Shown: positions 9,846-17,495 of the stretch, in pieces | Layout of the letters: every line of letters starts with the position of its first letter | How positions within the stretch are numbered: the first letter of the stretch is position 1 | Source: Pseudoclavibacter sp. | Lineage (GTDB): Bacteria > Actinomycetota > Actinomycetes > Actinomycetales > Microbacteriaceae | Direction: 5' to 3' | Length of the DNA: 64,000 nt | NCBI GenBank assembly: GCA_047722305.1 | Contig: JBDNYM010000006.1 | Coordinates: forward strand, 213 to 64,212 | Notes under the pieces: model-generated | The model's database searches: none | Seen by the model: only the letters and a program-made list of their open reading frames with translations | What the model was told of the DNA's origin: nothing | Position numbers and translations under genes: made by a program

Positions 9846-10201
9846 TCACCCGCTCCCATCCCGCAGCAGCCCGGCACCGTGCACGAAGAGTCCACGCAGG
9901 GCGCGTGCTCGTCGACCGCGAGCGTTACGTCCACCAACGCGGTCAGTGCCGCCGCCAGGTGCGGGTCCGCGATCTCGTACCGCGTCTGCCGCCCTTCGGG
10001 CTCCGCGACCACGATCCCGCAGTCGCGCAAGCAGGTCAGGTGGTTCGACACGTTTGAACGCGTCAGCTCCAGCTCGCGCGAGAGCACGGCGGGGTAGCTC
10101 GGGCCGCCGAGCAGGGTCATCAGGATGCGGGAGCGCGTCGGGTCCGCCATCGCCCGGCCGAGCCGGTTCATGACGTCGAGGCGTGAAGCAATGGTCAGCA
10201 T
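9842..10201 (-). CDS. cmtR: ArsR/SmtB-family Cd/Pb sensor, CmtR-like.
   Basis: LGRAMADPTRSRILMTLL...LTRSNVSNHLTCLRDCGIVVAEPEGRQTRYEI has the CxxxC of CmtR in the alphaR helix, plus a Cys-rich tail (CVDSSCTVPGCCG). The ATG at 10201 was chosen over the ORF-track start at 10429. Confidence 0.85.
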   Translation of the reverse strand: MLTIASRLDVMNRLGRAMADPTRSRILMTLLGGPSYPAVLSRELELTRSNVSNHLTCLRDCGIVVAEPEGRQTRYEIADPHLAAALTALVDVTLAVDEHAPCVDSSCTVPGCCGMGAGE

Positions 10202-10213
10202 GCACTGATCATA
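10202..10213 (-). promoter_or_regulatory. -10 box TATGAT placed for a leaderless cmtR transcript.
   Basis: The minus strand reads ...CTTTACGTCAGTCGTTGCTGTATGATCAGTGC-ATG. There are 6 nt between the hexamer and the ATG, and no SD. Confidence 0.45.
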
Positions 10214-10250
10214 CAGCAACGACTGACGTAAAGTGTGTGGGCGGCGAGTC

Positions 10251-11570
10251 CTACGACACTGGTCCCACACCGAGCTGGATGAGCTGCGGGACAGGCGCGC
10301 AGCACGATCCCGCACTGGCGGACTCGTCCGGCGCGTCGAAGAGTCCCGAGCCGCCACACACGCCGGTATCGGGCAGCACGAGGTCCACCCGCTCCGCGGC
10401 CTCGCGGTCGCCGGCGATCGCGGCGACAACGCTGCGAACCTGCTCGAACCCGGTCAGAGCCAGGAACGTCGGTGCACGCCCGTACGACTTCGCGCCCACG
10501 ATGTAGAACCCCGGCTCCGGGTGCTCCAGGTCGGCGGCCCCGGTCGCGCGGATCGAGCCGCAGGAGTGCAGGTTCGGGTCCACCTCGACCGCGATCTTCA
10601 CCGGCGCCTGCAGCCGCACGTCGAGGTCGAGACGGATCTCGGACAGGAATGACAGGTCAGGGCGGAACCCGGTCGAAACGAACACCCGGGACGCCGGATC
10701 AAGCCGGCGTCCATCTTCCGCGACGAGAACCGCCTGCCCCTTCTCGAGAATGACCTGGTCGGTGCGGAACCCGGTGACGAGGTCCACGAGCCCGTCTTCG
10801 ACTGCCTTCTTGGCTCGCTGGCCCAGCGCCCCACGCTCGGGGAGTTCGTCTGCGGTCCCGCCGCCGAAGGTGTTGCCGACCGTGCCGCGGCGTAGCACCC
10901 AGCTGATCCGCGTCCCGGGCTCTCGCTTCGCCACCCGTGACAGGATCCCGATCGTCGTCGCGGCGGAGTGCCCGTTGCCGACCACGACCACATGCTGTCC
11001 GGCGAGACCTGTGGCGTCCTCGATCGTGGGCATCCGGTGCTCGACGAGCCCCGCCTCGGCGGCGGCTCGTTCCCCGAGTGCGGGGAGACCGTCGGCACCG
11101 ACCGGACTCGGGGTGCGCCAGGTGCCCGATGCGTCGATCACGGCGCGTGCTTCGATCCGCACCTCCGTGCCATCGGCGCGGCGGACGTGCACGACGAACG
11201 GCTGTCCGGCCCGCCCGGCATCGACCGAGAGATCCCGGCCCTTTCGCCCGACCCCGACGACCCGCGCCCCGTACTGGATGCGATCACCGAGCGTCTCCGC
11301 GAGCGGCGCGAGATACCCCTCGATCCACTGCGCCCCGGTCGGGTACCCCTGGGCCGGCGCCACCCATCCGGCGGGCTCCAGCAAACGACGCGACGCCGCA
11401 TCGGTGAGCTCCGTCCACGGTGAGAACAGACGCACATGCCCCCACTCGGCCACCGCCGCAGCCGGCCCAGCACCGGCTTCCAGAACCAGCGGGTTCAGGC
11501 CGCGCTCGAGCAGGTGCGCGGCCGCCGCGAGTCCCTGCGGGCCCGCACCGATGACGACGACGGAATCCAT
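10251..11570 (-). CDS. FAD/NAD(P)-binding oxidoreductase (ArsO-like flavoprotein?) with a Cys-rich C-terminus.
   Basis: MDSVVVIGAGPQGLAAAAHLLERG dinucleotide fold, a second VVVVGNGHSA fold, and the C-terminus VCGGSG...SCCAP. It is divergent from arsR. Confidence 0.75.
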   Translation of the reverse strand: MDSVVVIGAGPQGLAAAAHLLERGLNPLVLEAGAGPAAAVAEWGHVRLFSPWTELTDAASRRLLEPAGWVAPAQGYPTGAQWIEGYLAPLAETLGDRIQYGARVVGVGRKGRDLSVDAGRAGQPFVVHVRRADGTEVRIEARAVIDASGTWRTPSPVGADGLPALGERAAAEAGLVEHRMPTIEDATGLAGQHVVVVGNGHSAATTIGILSRVAKREPGTRISWVLRRGTVGNTFGGGTADELPERGALGQRAKKAVEDGLVDLVTGFRTDQVILEKGQAVLVAEDGRRLDPASRVFVSTGFRPDLSFLSEIRLDLDVRLQAPVKIAVEVDPNLHSCGSIRATGAADLEHPEPGFYIVGAKSYGRAPTFLALTGFEQVRSVVAAIAGDREAAERVDLVLPDTGVCGGSGLFDAPDESASAGSCCAPVPQLIQLGVGPVS

Positions 11571-11613
11571 ACCAACCTCCACACATTGATGTTCTTCGAT
11601 ATGAAGAGCCTGC

Positions 11614-11638
11614 TCGATGCATCGACATCTGTCAATAT
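11614..11638. promoter_or_regulatory. Perfect 12-bp palindrome TCGATGCATCGA plus a GTCAATAT box in the divergent oxidoreductase/arsR promoter region.
   Basis: Read directly from the sequence: palindrome at 11614-11625, GTCAATAT at 11631-11638. This is a candidate ArsR operator overlapping the promoter. Confidence 0.4.
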
Positions 11639-12010
11639 GTGGGGCAGAATGGGGGCATGGCTGCTCTTCCCGTGACGATCGACGCGACACCTGCGGAGGC
11701 GGCGTGCTGCGCCCCTGCGGCCGACGCGGTGGTCGATGACGCGACCGCGCATCAGCTCGCGAAGGTGTTCAAGGCGCTCGGAGACCCGAACCGGGTCAAA
11801 CTGTTCTCCTTGATCACCGCGAGCGCGAGCGGAGAGATGTGCGTGTGCGATCTCACCGACCCCGTCGGGTTGTCGCAGCCGACCGTGTCGCATCACATGA
11901 AGCTCCTTGTTGAGGCTGGGCTCGTCACCCGCGAGCAGCGCGGCAAGTGGGCGTACTACCAGCCCACGACCGGCACCCTCGCCGACGCAGCACGGGCGTT
12001 CACAGCCTGA
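11639..12010 (+). CDS. arsR: ArsR-family transcriptional repressor.
   Basis: FKALGDPNRVKLFSLI...EMCVCDLTDPVGLSQPTVSHHMKLLVEAGLV. The likely true start is the ATG at 11657 (MAALPV...). Confidence 0.88.
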   Translation: MGQNGGMAALPVTIDATPAEAACCAPAADAVVDDATAHQLAKVFKALGDPNRVKLFSLITASASGEMCVCDLTDPVGLSQPTVSHHMKLLVEAGLVTREQRGKWAYYQPTTGTLADAARAFTA

Positions 12011-12618
12011 TGGAGCCGCTCCGGTTCCGGTCGATGAGAGAGTCCGACTGGGCCGAGGTCGAGAGCATCTACCGGGCCGGGATCGCCACCGGGCACGCCA
12101 CCTTCGAAACCACCCCACCCGCGACCTGGGCCGCGTTCACTGCGGGCAAGCGCCCAGAGCTCAGCCTTGTCGCCGTCGACTCCACCGGCCGAGTCCTCGG
12201 ATGGGCCGCCGCGTCTCCCGTGTCGATACGAGCCGTATACGCGGGCGTTGTCGAGCACTCGATCTACATCCACCCCGACGCGGCAGGTCACGGAGTCGGG
12301 CGTCGCCTTCTCGCAGCGTTCTTGGATCTCACCGACCAGCGCGGGATCTGGACTGTGCAGTCATCGATCTTCCCGGAGAACACCGCGAGCCTGCGCCTGC
12401 ACGAGCGGGCAGGGTTCCGCGCTGTCGGACGACGAGAGCGCATCGCCCGCATGACCTACGGGCCGCACGCCGGCCAATGGCGCGACACGATCCTCGTCGA
12501 ACGCCGCACCGCTGGAGAACGAAGTGAGGGTGCATCTTCCGCGAACATGCACCCTCACACCCAGTCCAGCGCCCCGTCGAACCGCATCTTCACGCCGAAT
12601 CGTCTTCAGGAATCCTGA
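12010..12618 (+). CDS. GNAT N-acetyltransferase of the phosphinothricin-acetyltransferase type (ArsN1-like).
   Basis: MEPLRFRSMRESDWAEVESIYRAGIATGHATFE...HPDAAGHGVGRRLL...NTASLRLHERAGFRAVG. The TGATG junction with arsR implies translational coupling. Confidence 0.75.
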   Translation: MEPLRFRSMRESDWAEVESIYRAGIATGHATFETTPPATWAAFTAGKRPELSLVAVDSTGRVLGWAAASPVSIRAVYAGVVEHSIYIHPDAAGHGVGRRLLAAFLDLTDQRGIWTVQSSIFPENTASLRLHERAGFRAVGRRERIARMTYGPHAGQWRDTILVERRTAGERSEGASSANMHPHTQSSAPSNRIFTPNRLQES

Positions 12619-12631
12619 ACCTGCGGGTTTC

Positions 12632-14110
12632 CTAGATCATCCGGGTCGTGGTGTCGAACAAGGCCAACTCGTCAGTATGCATCTGATGCTGCACGACGAA
12701 GGAACGCTCTTTGATGCGCCACAAGCCTTGCCCGGTGCCGAGGCCGGGCAGGAGGTGCTGTTCGGTGCCGGTCAGGCCGAGGGTCTTGGCGGTCAGGGAG
12801 AGCTGGTCGGACTCTTGCCGGTAGATCACGCGGGTCTCGGCGTTGGCGAGCAGGCTGTTCGCCAGGGAGCGCATGGCCGAGCCTTGATCGCCCACGTTGT
12901 CGAGGTCGCTCAGCTTGTGGAAGACGAGCATGTTGGCCAGTCCGTAGTGGCGGGCGAGCCGCCATTGCGCGTCCATGCGGCGCAGCAGGGCGGGGTGGGC
13001 CATGAGTCGCCAGGCTTCGTCGTAGATCATCCAGCGTTTCCCGCCATTGGGGTCCATCAGCGCGGCTTCCATCCACGCGCTTGCGCAGGTCATCAACACG
13101 CTCAGCAGGGCGGCGTTCTCCGCGACCCGGCTGAGGTCGAGACTCACCATCGGCAACGACGGATCGAATCGCACCGTGGAGGGTCCGTCGAACAGGCCGG
13201 CGAGGTCGCCGCCGACGAGCCGGCGCAGCGCGTGCGCGACGAGTCGGCCGTCTTCGGCCAGCCGCCCATCTTCTTCGGCGGATGGGGTGAGGAGGCGGTC
13301 CACGACCATCGGCAGGATCGGCACCTCCGCGTCCCGCACTGCCGCGGTCAGTGCGGTGTCGATGGCGGTGTGCTCCAACGGTGACAGGTCGCGGCCGAGC
13401 ACGGTTTCCGCGAGAGCGCCCAGCAGCTCACGACGCCGCGACGCCAACGTGGACGCCCATTCCCGGTCCGACAGGCCCGAGGGGCGGTGGCCTTCATCGA
13501 GCGGGTTGAGCCGGGTGCGGAGTCCGTGGCCGAGGACGATGGCCTTCCCGCCGACTGCTTCGGCGACGGCGGTGTGCTCGCCCTTGGGGTCGCACGCGAT
13601 GTAGACGCGGCGACCGAATGGCAACGATCGCGTGTAGAGCGACTTCGCCAGGCTCGACTTTCCCGAGCCCACGATGCCGGCGAGGATCATGTTCGGCGCG
13701 GTGATGATGCCGCGCCGGTACAACTCCCACGGGTCATACACGAAGCTCCCACCGGAGTACATGTCCTGCCCGACGAACACCCCTTGGCTGCCGAGGCCAC
13801 CTTCGGCGAGGAACGGATACTGCGCCGACAGCACCGCGCTGGTGTCTTGATGGCGCGGGAGCCGGAACCGGCCCGGCGTCCGCAGCATCGCCGCTCCGGG
13901 TTCGCCGGCCTTCGGCAGATAGGTCGTTGCCCGCCGTTCCGCCCGCTCTGCCTCCGCTTTGGCTTTGGCGGCTTCGGTCTCGGCACGGCGTTGCTCGGCG
14001 ACGAGCCGGGCGGCGGCCTGCCGGCGTTGCTTGCGGTACTTGCGCCGCTCCGACGCCGGGGCGACGAGCACCGAGGTGTGCAGCTTCTCCCGCTCGCTCA
14101 CAGCGACCAC
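12632..14110 (-). CDS. Conjugative T4SS ATPase, VirB4 C-terminal-domain-like.
   Basis: Walker A GIVGSGKSS and Walker B MIYDEAWRLM (a DEAW box is typical of VirB4/TraE). No TM segments. It lies in an operon with T4SS membrane components. Confidence 0.75.
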   Translation of the reverse strand: MVAVSEREKLHTSVLVAPASERRKYRKQRRQAAARLVAEQRRAETEAAKAKAEAERAERRATTYLPKAGEPGAAMLRTPGRFRLPRHQDTSAVLSAQYPFLAEGGLGSQGVFVGQDMYSGGSFVYDPWELYRRGIITAPNMILAGIVGSGKSSLAKSLYTRSLPFGRRVYIACDPKGEHTAVAEAVGGKAIVLGHGLRTRLNPLDEGHRPSGLSDREWASTLASRRRELLGALAETVLGRDLSPLEHTAIDTALTAAVRDAEVPILPMVVDRLLTPSAEEDGRLAEDGRLVAHALRRLVGGDLAGLFDGPSTVRFDPSLPMVSLDLSRVAENAALLSVLMTCASAWMEAALMDPNGGKRWMIYDEAWRLMAHPALLRRMDAQWRLARHYGLANMLVFHKLSDLDNVGDQGSAMRSLANSLLANAETRVIYRQESDQLSLTAKTLGLTGTEQHLLPGLGTGQGLWRIKERSFVVQHQMHTDELALFDTTTRMI

Positions 14111-14532
14111 CCCCGCGACCGAGCCGCCGCAGAGTCACCGGCGGGCCGGTCGAACCACGACGGCTCCGGTCGTGGCGGTGGCGTCTCGTCCAGGAGGGCG
14201 AGCGCGTCGGCGTTCTGCCGGGCGGCCTCGGCCACCCATGCGGGGAACATGCTCGCGTGTTCGGCGCTGTGGCCGGGGTTGTCGATGGCGTGCTGCCGGG
14301 ACTCACCCGCGGCACTGAGGTATCCGGCGAGGTCGCGCAGCGCCCGCCCGGGCGCGACGGGGGCACCGGCTCCGGTGAACAGGTCGCGGCCTTCGAGGCT
14401 CCGCCCGGTCTCGGTGTCTTCGATGCGGTAGCCGGACCGCTGGTGCTCGCCGACCGGGGTAGCGGGCCAGACGGTCAGGGTGAGCGTGCCGGCCTGCCGG
14501 GAGGTGCGCGGCGTGGGGTCTGTGGTGTTCAT
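14098..14532 (-). CDS. Hypothetical protein of the conjugation backbone.
   Basis: MNTTDPTPRTSRQAGTLTLTVWPATPVGEH.... ATG at 14532 with a GTGCACCTGCCCGGC leader. Overlaps the downstream ATPase start. Confidence 0.55.
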   Translation of the reverse strand: MNTTDPTPRTSRQAGTLTLTVWPATPVGEHQRSGYRIEDTETGRSLEGRDLFTGAGAPVAPGRALRDLAGYLSAAGESRQHAIDNPGHSAEHASMFPAWVAEAARQNADALALLDETPPPRPEPSWFDRPAGDSAAARSRGWSL

Positions 14533-14566
14533 GCCGGGCAGGTGCACCCCCGCCCCCGGCAGGGGT

Positions 14567-15376
14567 TCAGAGCGAGAGCCGGCCGCTCTGCTTGATCGTC
14601 GTGATCGAGGCCGGCTCGAACCACGACTCCTGCGCCTGCCGCGGCGCGACCGTCGGCTTCGGGGCGTTTGGGGACGAGTACGACACAAGCAGTTCCGGCT
14701 CGCCCTGCACCGTCGCGGATGCCTCGGCCTCCTCGGGTTCGGGGGTGGTGGTGTGGCGGCGGAGCAGGGAGACGTAGCCGAGCTGGGCGTTGACGACCAG
14801 GGCGTAGTCGCCTGAGCGCATCACTCGATCGTTGGTCCCTTCTCCGGGCTCGTCGTAGACGTGCCCGTTCTCCATCGCCGCGTCGGTGGTCTCGTCGCCG
14901 TAGTCCCACTGGGCGAGGTAGTCCACCGCGTCGACGTGCCCCAGCTCTCCGAGGATGCGCAGCGGCGGTTCGGCCTCATCGCCCTGCAAGAACACCACGC
15001 TGATCCACCGCTCGATCTCGGCGGCGGGTTGAGGGTGCCAGACGATCTTGCCGGACTGGACGAACGCGGCGCTGAGCTGGTCGTGCGCCTGATCCAGCAG
15101 CACCGCGGCCTGATGGAACCCATCGGCCGCACCGAGCGCCGCGACGGCCCCGGCCATCCGGTCGCCGTCATCGGTGCTCACGCCGTCTTGGTGGCGCAGG
15201 TGGACGCCGGCGAGCTGGTCGAGCACTTGCCCCAAGCACCGGATACCGGCAACGACCTCGCCGATGACACGATAAGTGTCGGCGGGCTCCTCCCAGCTCC
15301 TTGTCGCGTGGGCCAGACCGCGCAACGCTTCGTAGGCTTCGGCGGCGTCGGTGACGGGGTTCTCGTAGGTGGGCAT
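14567..15376 (-). CDS. Hypothetical protein of the conjugation backbone.
   Basis: 269-aa ORF with a GAAGGAGG RBS 6 nt upstream of the ATG at 15376. Acidic, with no recognisable motif. Confidence 0.6.
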   Translation of the reverse strand: MPTYENPVTDAAEAYEALRGLAHATRSWEEPADTYRVIGEVVAGIRCLGQVLDQLAGVHLRHQDGVSTDDGDRMAGAVAALGAADGFHQAAVLLDQAHDQLSAAFVQSGKIVWHPQPAAEIERWISVVFLQGDEAEPPLRILGELGHVDAVDYLAQWDYGDETTDAAMENGHVYDEPGEGTNDRVMRSGDYALVVNAQLGYVSLLRRHTTTPEPEEAEASATVQGEPELLVSYSSPNAPKPTVAPRQAQESWFEPASITTIKQSGRLSL

Positions 15377-15443
15377 GGCGGGCCTCCTTCAACAAGGGTT
15401 CAGACGCCCGATAGGTGCACGACCTGGCCGATAGCGTTGGAGC

Positions 15444-15968
15444 ATGAACACCGAGGCAGTCGCACTTCTGATATCCGCTATCTCTCTTGCGCTTGCTGGT
15501 GTGTCACTCGGATGGCAGATCGCTCAGTGGCTTCTTTCTGCCGGTCGCCCAAAGGCCACGCTGATGCATGGCATGCTCCAAGGCGGCAATGCGCTGGTCG
15601 GTCCCGTCACGAAGACGGGCAAGCCGTTCGGTCTTGAAGGGCTCGTCAAGCAGGGCTTCGGAGGGCAAGAGGTCATCGGCGTTCAGGTCACGAACCACGG
15701 ACGGGCAGCCGTGACCATCGAGAGCGTGTCACTTTGCCCCCGCGGAGGAACGATGAGGTTCGTGCCCGTGGACCAACGGATCGGTCCCGACCTTCCCTAC
15801 TTGCTTGAGCCGGGAACGAACCAGGGCTGGTATGTACCCATTGACGTCGGGATACTTCTTGCTCAGACCTCACGCGAGGCGGCGCGGGAGAGTGTCACCG
15901 GCGTGTATATGGTTGCGAAGCTCGCAACGGGTCGGGAGGTCTCGACCCCGACGACTCTCCGTATGTGA
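15444..15968 (+). CDS. Hypothetical N-terminally membrane-anchored protein, opposite strand, lower GC.
   Basis: MNTEAVALLISAISLALAGVSLGWQIAQWLL TM helix followed by a soluble beta-rich-looking domain. Convergent with the 16023 gene. Confidence 0.6.
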   Translation: MNTEAVALLISAISLALAGVSLGWQIAQWLLSAGRPKATLMHGMLQGGNALVGPVTKTGKPFGLEGLVKQGFGGQEVIGVQVTNHGRAAVTIESVSLCPRGGTMRFVPVDQRIGPDLPYLLEPGTNQGWYVPIDVGILLAQTSREAARESVTGVYMVAKLATGREVSTPTTLRM

Positions 15969-16022
15969 CGCGCATTTTCGAGATGCCCGTGTGGTCTCTG
16001 GCTTTGGGCCAATGGTTTCCAG

Positions 16023-17492
16023 CTACACGGTGCGGCACAGCGGTAGTGCCGCGGCGGTGAATGCGGCGGCTTGCTGGCCGACGAGGCGGCGGGTTTCGCA
16101 GGAGCTTTGGATGGCGGCTTGGGTGATCGCGGCGACGGCGGCTTCGAGGTCGTCGATGCTCGGTGCCGACACCGAGATGAGGCCGGTCACGCGCAAGACG
16201 CCGTGCCCGGCGGTGAGGTCGGCTTCCTGTTGCAGCACGTCTTGGAACTCCGCTGATTGGGAGGCGTCCTCGATCTGCCCGAGCCGGGCACGCTGGGCCG
16301 CGTCGCTGATGTATTCGACCTTCTTGCGGCGGATGTCACGGGCTGCCTGGTCCGAGCGCATCGGCGTGTAGATCAGCGACACGGACCGCTGGATGCCGGT
16401 GGAGAGCAGGATCGGCGCGGCGAAACCCGGATAGACCAGACTCCTCGGCCACTCGGACACCCAGAGCACGGCATGGTGGGCGGAGTCGGTGCGCAGGTTG
16501 CCCCAGGTCTCGGTGACCGCGACCGGGCCGGCGGTGGCGAGGTCGCGGCCGATCCGCCCGTGCCGCTCCAACGCAGACGCGACCGCCGGGTCGTAGGCGG
16601 AGCGGAGGATGACGGCGATCTGGCCGGCGTCGAGCCAGCCGGAGGGGGCGAGGTCGGCCGACCGCAACGCCGATGTGAGCGTGGACATCTCCTGCCGCAG
16701 CACTCCGGCGGCGCCCTTGATGCCGCCGCCGGCGGTCCTGATCTGCCGGGCCGCAGCCTTCATGTCCAGGGACAGGCTGATCGTGGTGGCGTGCCGTTCC
16801 CCGGCGGGGCCGGCGCGCTCGATCAGTTCGGCGTAGGTGTCGGCGGCCCAGGAACCGTCCGGGGTGCCGTGCGCGGTCCACCACTCCGCCAACCCCGTAC
16901 CCGAGTCCGGCAGGGTGCGTTCGAGGACTTGCAGCGTCGCGATCCTCCCCGAGCGGCACACCGTCGCCAGCGCCCGACCCCAAGTGGTCACGCGGCGTTC
17001 CTGCTCGCCCGGGTCCAACAAGACGAACGCCGGATGGGCCACTTCGCACACGACTGTGAGGGTGGCGGCGTGGGGGTCGTGGATCATGCACGCCCCGGTC
17101 TCCGGGTCGATGAACTCGCGCAGCCTCGCCATGTCGCCGGGCAGGGCGAGGGTGCCGGCGGGGCGTGGCTTGACGATGCGGCGGCGGTAGAGCAGTTGCC
17201 CGCCTGTGACGCGCCACAGCCACCAGAAGGTGACCGGCAGCCACTCCACGATTGGGCGCCCGCCGACAGGTATCCAGGTGAGTGCGGCGCAGAGCACCCA
17301 GACGGGGGCGGTGTAGGCGAGCAGCATCCCGCCGCCGGCGTAGAACGCGCCGATCAGGGTGAGGCCGCCGATGCCGAGGGTGACGAGCTGCGCGACCGAC
17401 AACCCCAACAAGACGCCCCGGCGGGTGAGGCGGCTGAACTTCACCGGCACCAACTCGCCCGGCGCGGCGGTCTCTTTCGCATGACTGGCCAT
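16023..17492 (-). CDS. T4SS membrane protein, SCO6880-family-like (VirB4 N-terminal / VirB3-like part).
   Basis: Two N-terminal TM helices (GVLLGLSVAQLVTLGIGGLTLIGAFYAGGGMLLAYTAPVWVLCAAL), then a soluble domain without a Walker A. It sits directly downstream of the VirB6-like gene. Confidence 0.65.
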   Translation of the reverse strand: MASHAKETAAPGELVPVKFSRLTRRGVLLGLSVAQLVTLGIGGLTLIGAFYAGGGMLLAYTAPVWVLCAALTWIPVGGRPIVEWLPVTFWWLWRVTGGQLLYRRRIVKPRPAGTLALPGDMARLREFIDPETGACMIHDPHAATLTVVCEVAHPAFVLLDPGEQERRVTTWGRALATVCRSGRIATLQVLERTLPDSGTGLAEWWTAHGTPDGSWAADTYAELIERAGPAGERHATTISLSLDMKAAARQIRTAGGGIKGAAGVLRQEMSTLTSALRSADLAPSGWLDAGQIAVILRSAYDPAVASALERHGRIGRDLATAGPVAVTETWGNLRTDSAHHAVLWVSEWPRSLVYPGFAAPILLSTGIQRSVSLIYTPMRSDQAARDIRRKKVEYISDAAQRARLGQIEDASQSAEFQDVLQQEADLTAGHGVLRVTGLISVSAPSIDDLEAAVAAITQAAIQSSCETRRLVGQQAAAFTAAALPLCRTV

Positions 17493-17495
17493 CGG

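Larger units (their letters stand above)
246..12631 (+). mobile_element. Putative recombinase-triplet element 1 with about 9 kb of metal-resistance cargo; boundaries approximate.
   Basis: It sits between the stop of the VirB4-like ATPase gene (12632) and the start of the next backbone gene (245), splitting a minus-strand operon. The recombination genes are at one end and the cargo is downstream. Confidence 0.45.

Noticed and set aside
7632-10097. 821-aa plus-strand ORF, and similar very long ORFs at 33599-36049 (+), 42811-45078 (-), 6040-7572 (-), 3544-4599 (-), 16257-18086 (+) and 62057-63241 (-).
   Set aside because: These are antisense or shadow ORFs opposite strongly recognisable genes (P-type ATPases, relaxase, ars genes, trxB, T4SS genes, NIF3/rnpB). 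Their translations are Arg/Pro/Gly-rich low-complexity, as is typical of non-coding frames in about 70% GC DNA.
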